From the NCBI RefSeq assembly GCF_001194135.2, contig NC_069005.1, positions 35,224,021 through 35,288,020 of the forward strand: DNA of 64,000 nucleotides, given 5' to 3'. The stretch comes from Octopus bimaculoides (lineage: Eukaryota). Shown in pieces: positions 63,774 through 64,000 of this stretch. The notes below the pieces were generated by a model that was not told where the DNA came from, made no database searches, and saw only the letters and a program-made list of their open reading frames with translations. A program made the position numbers and the translations under genes. Numbering within the stretch: position 1 is the stretch's first letter; every line of letters starts with the position of its first letter.

Positions 63774-64000
63774 GTAGGATATTTCTCATGTCTTCTTTAT
63801 ATTCTTTGATTTGGTTTTGATTATATTTTGAGGGACCTTCTGTCTAAACTGTGACATCTGCATTGTTTCCTGGAACGTGAACAAGTCTGCATGCATTGTT
63901 TGATGTGGTGTTCCAGTTCAATTCTGTTATGGATTTGTAGTCCTGGGTCAAGCCGGGACCAGAACTGAGTGTTTTGCATTTAGAATGTTTTTAGGTAGTT

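Overview
AT-rich animal genomic DNA with eight N-gaps and many microsatellites. The repeat and gene content suggest an octopod cephalopod, probably Octopus (inference). I reconstructed exon-intron structures by hand from GT-AG boundaries, phase consistency and recognisable protein motifs. Gene content: (1) a cluster of three six-exon secreted S1A (chymotrypsin-fold) serine protease genes, A (minus, 1625-5358, exon 5 presumably in a gap), B (plus, 15784-20786, complete) and C (minus, 24195-29652, complete), plus an orphan promoter/exon-1 copy at about 11.7-12.2 kb; (2) NSL1, a MIS12 kinetochore subunit (minus, 32501-37335); (3) POT1 (plus, 42014-56068), with OB1, OB2 and the terminal exon visible but the middle of the C-terminal domain not found; (4) the first five exons of TATDN3 (plus, from 58998). 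Intergenic and intronic DNA holds SINEs, LINE relics, a Tc1/mariner relic and Penelope-type features. Most notable: inverted protease paralogs with identical terminal exons but amino-acid-divergent middle exons; non-basic zymogen activation sites and an unusual His189 pocket in C; POT1 lying between NSL1 and TATDN3 (head-to-head neighbours in human) and bracketed by a ~440 bp direct duplication; a telomeric repeat just upstream of the POT1 start exon; and a minimal hammerhead ribozyme inside a long hairpin at the window start.
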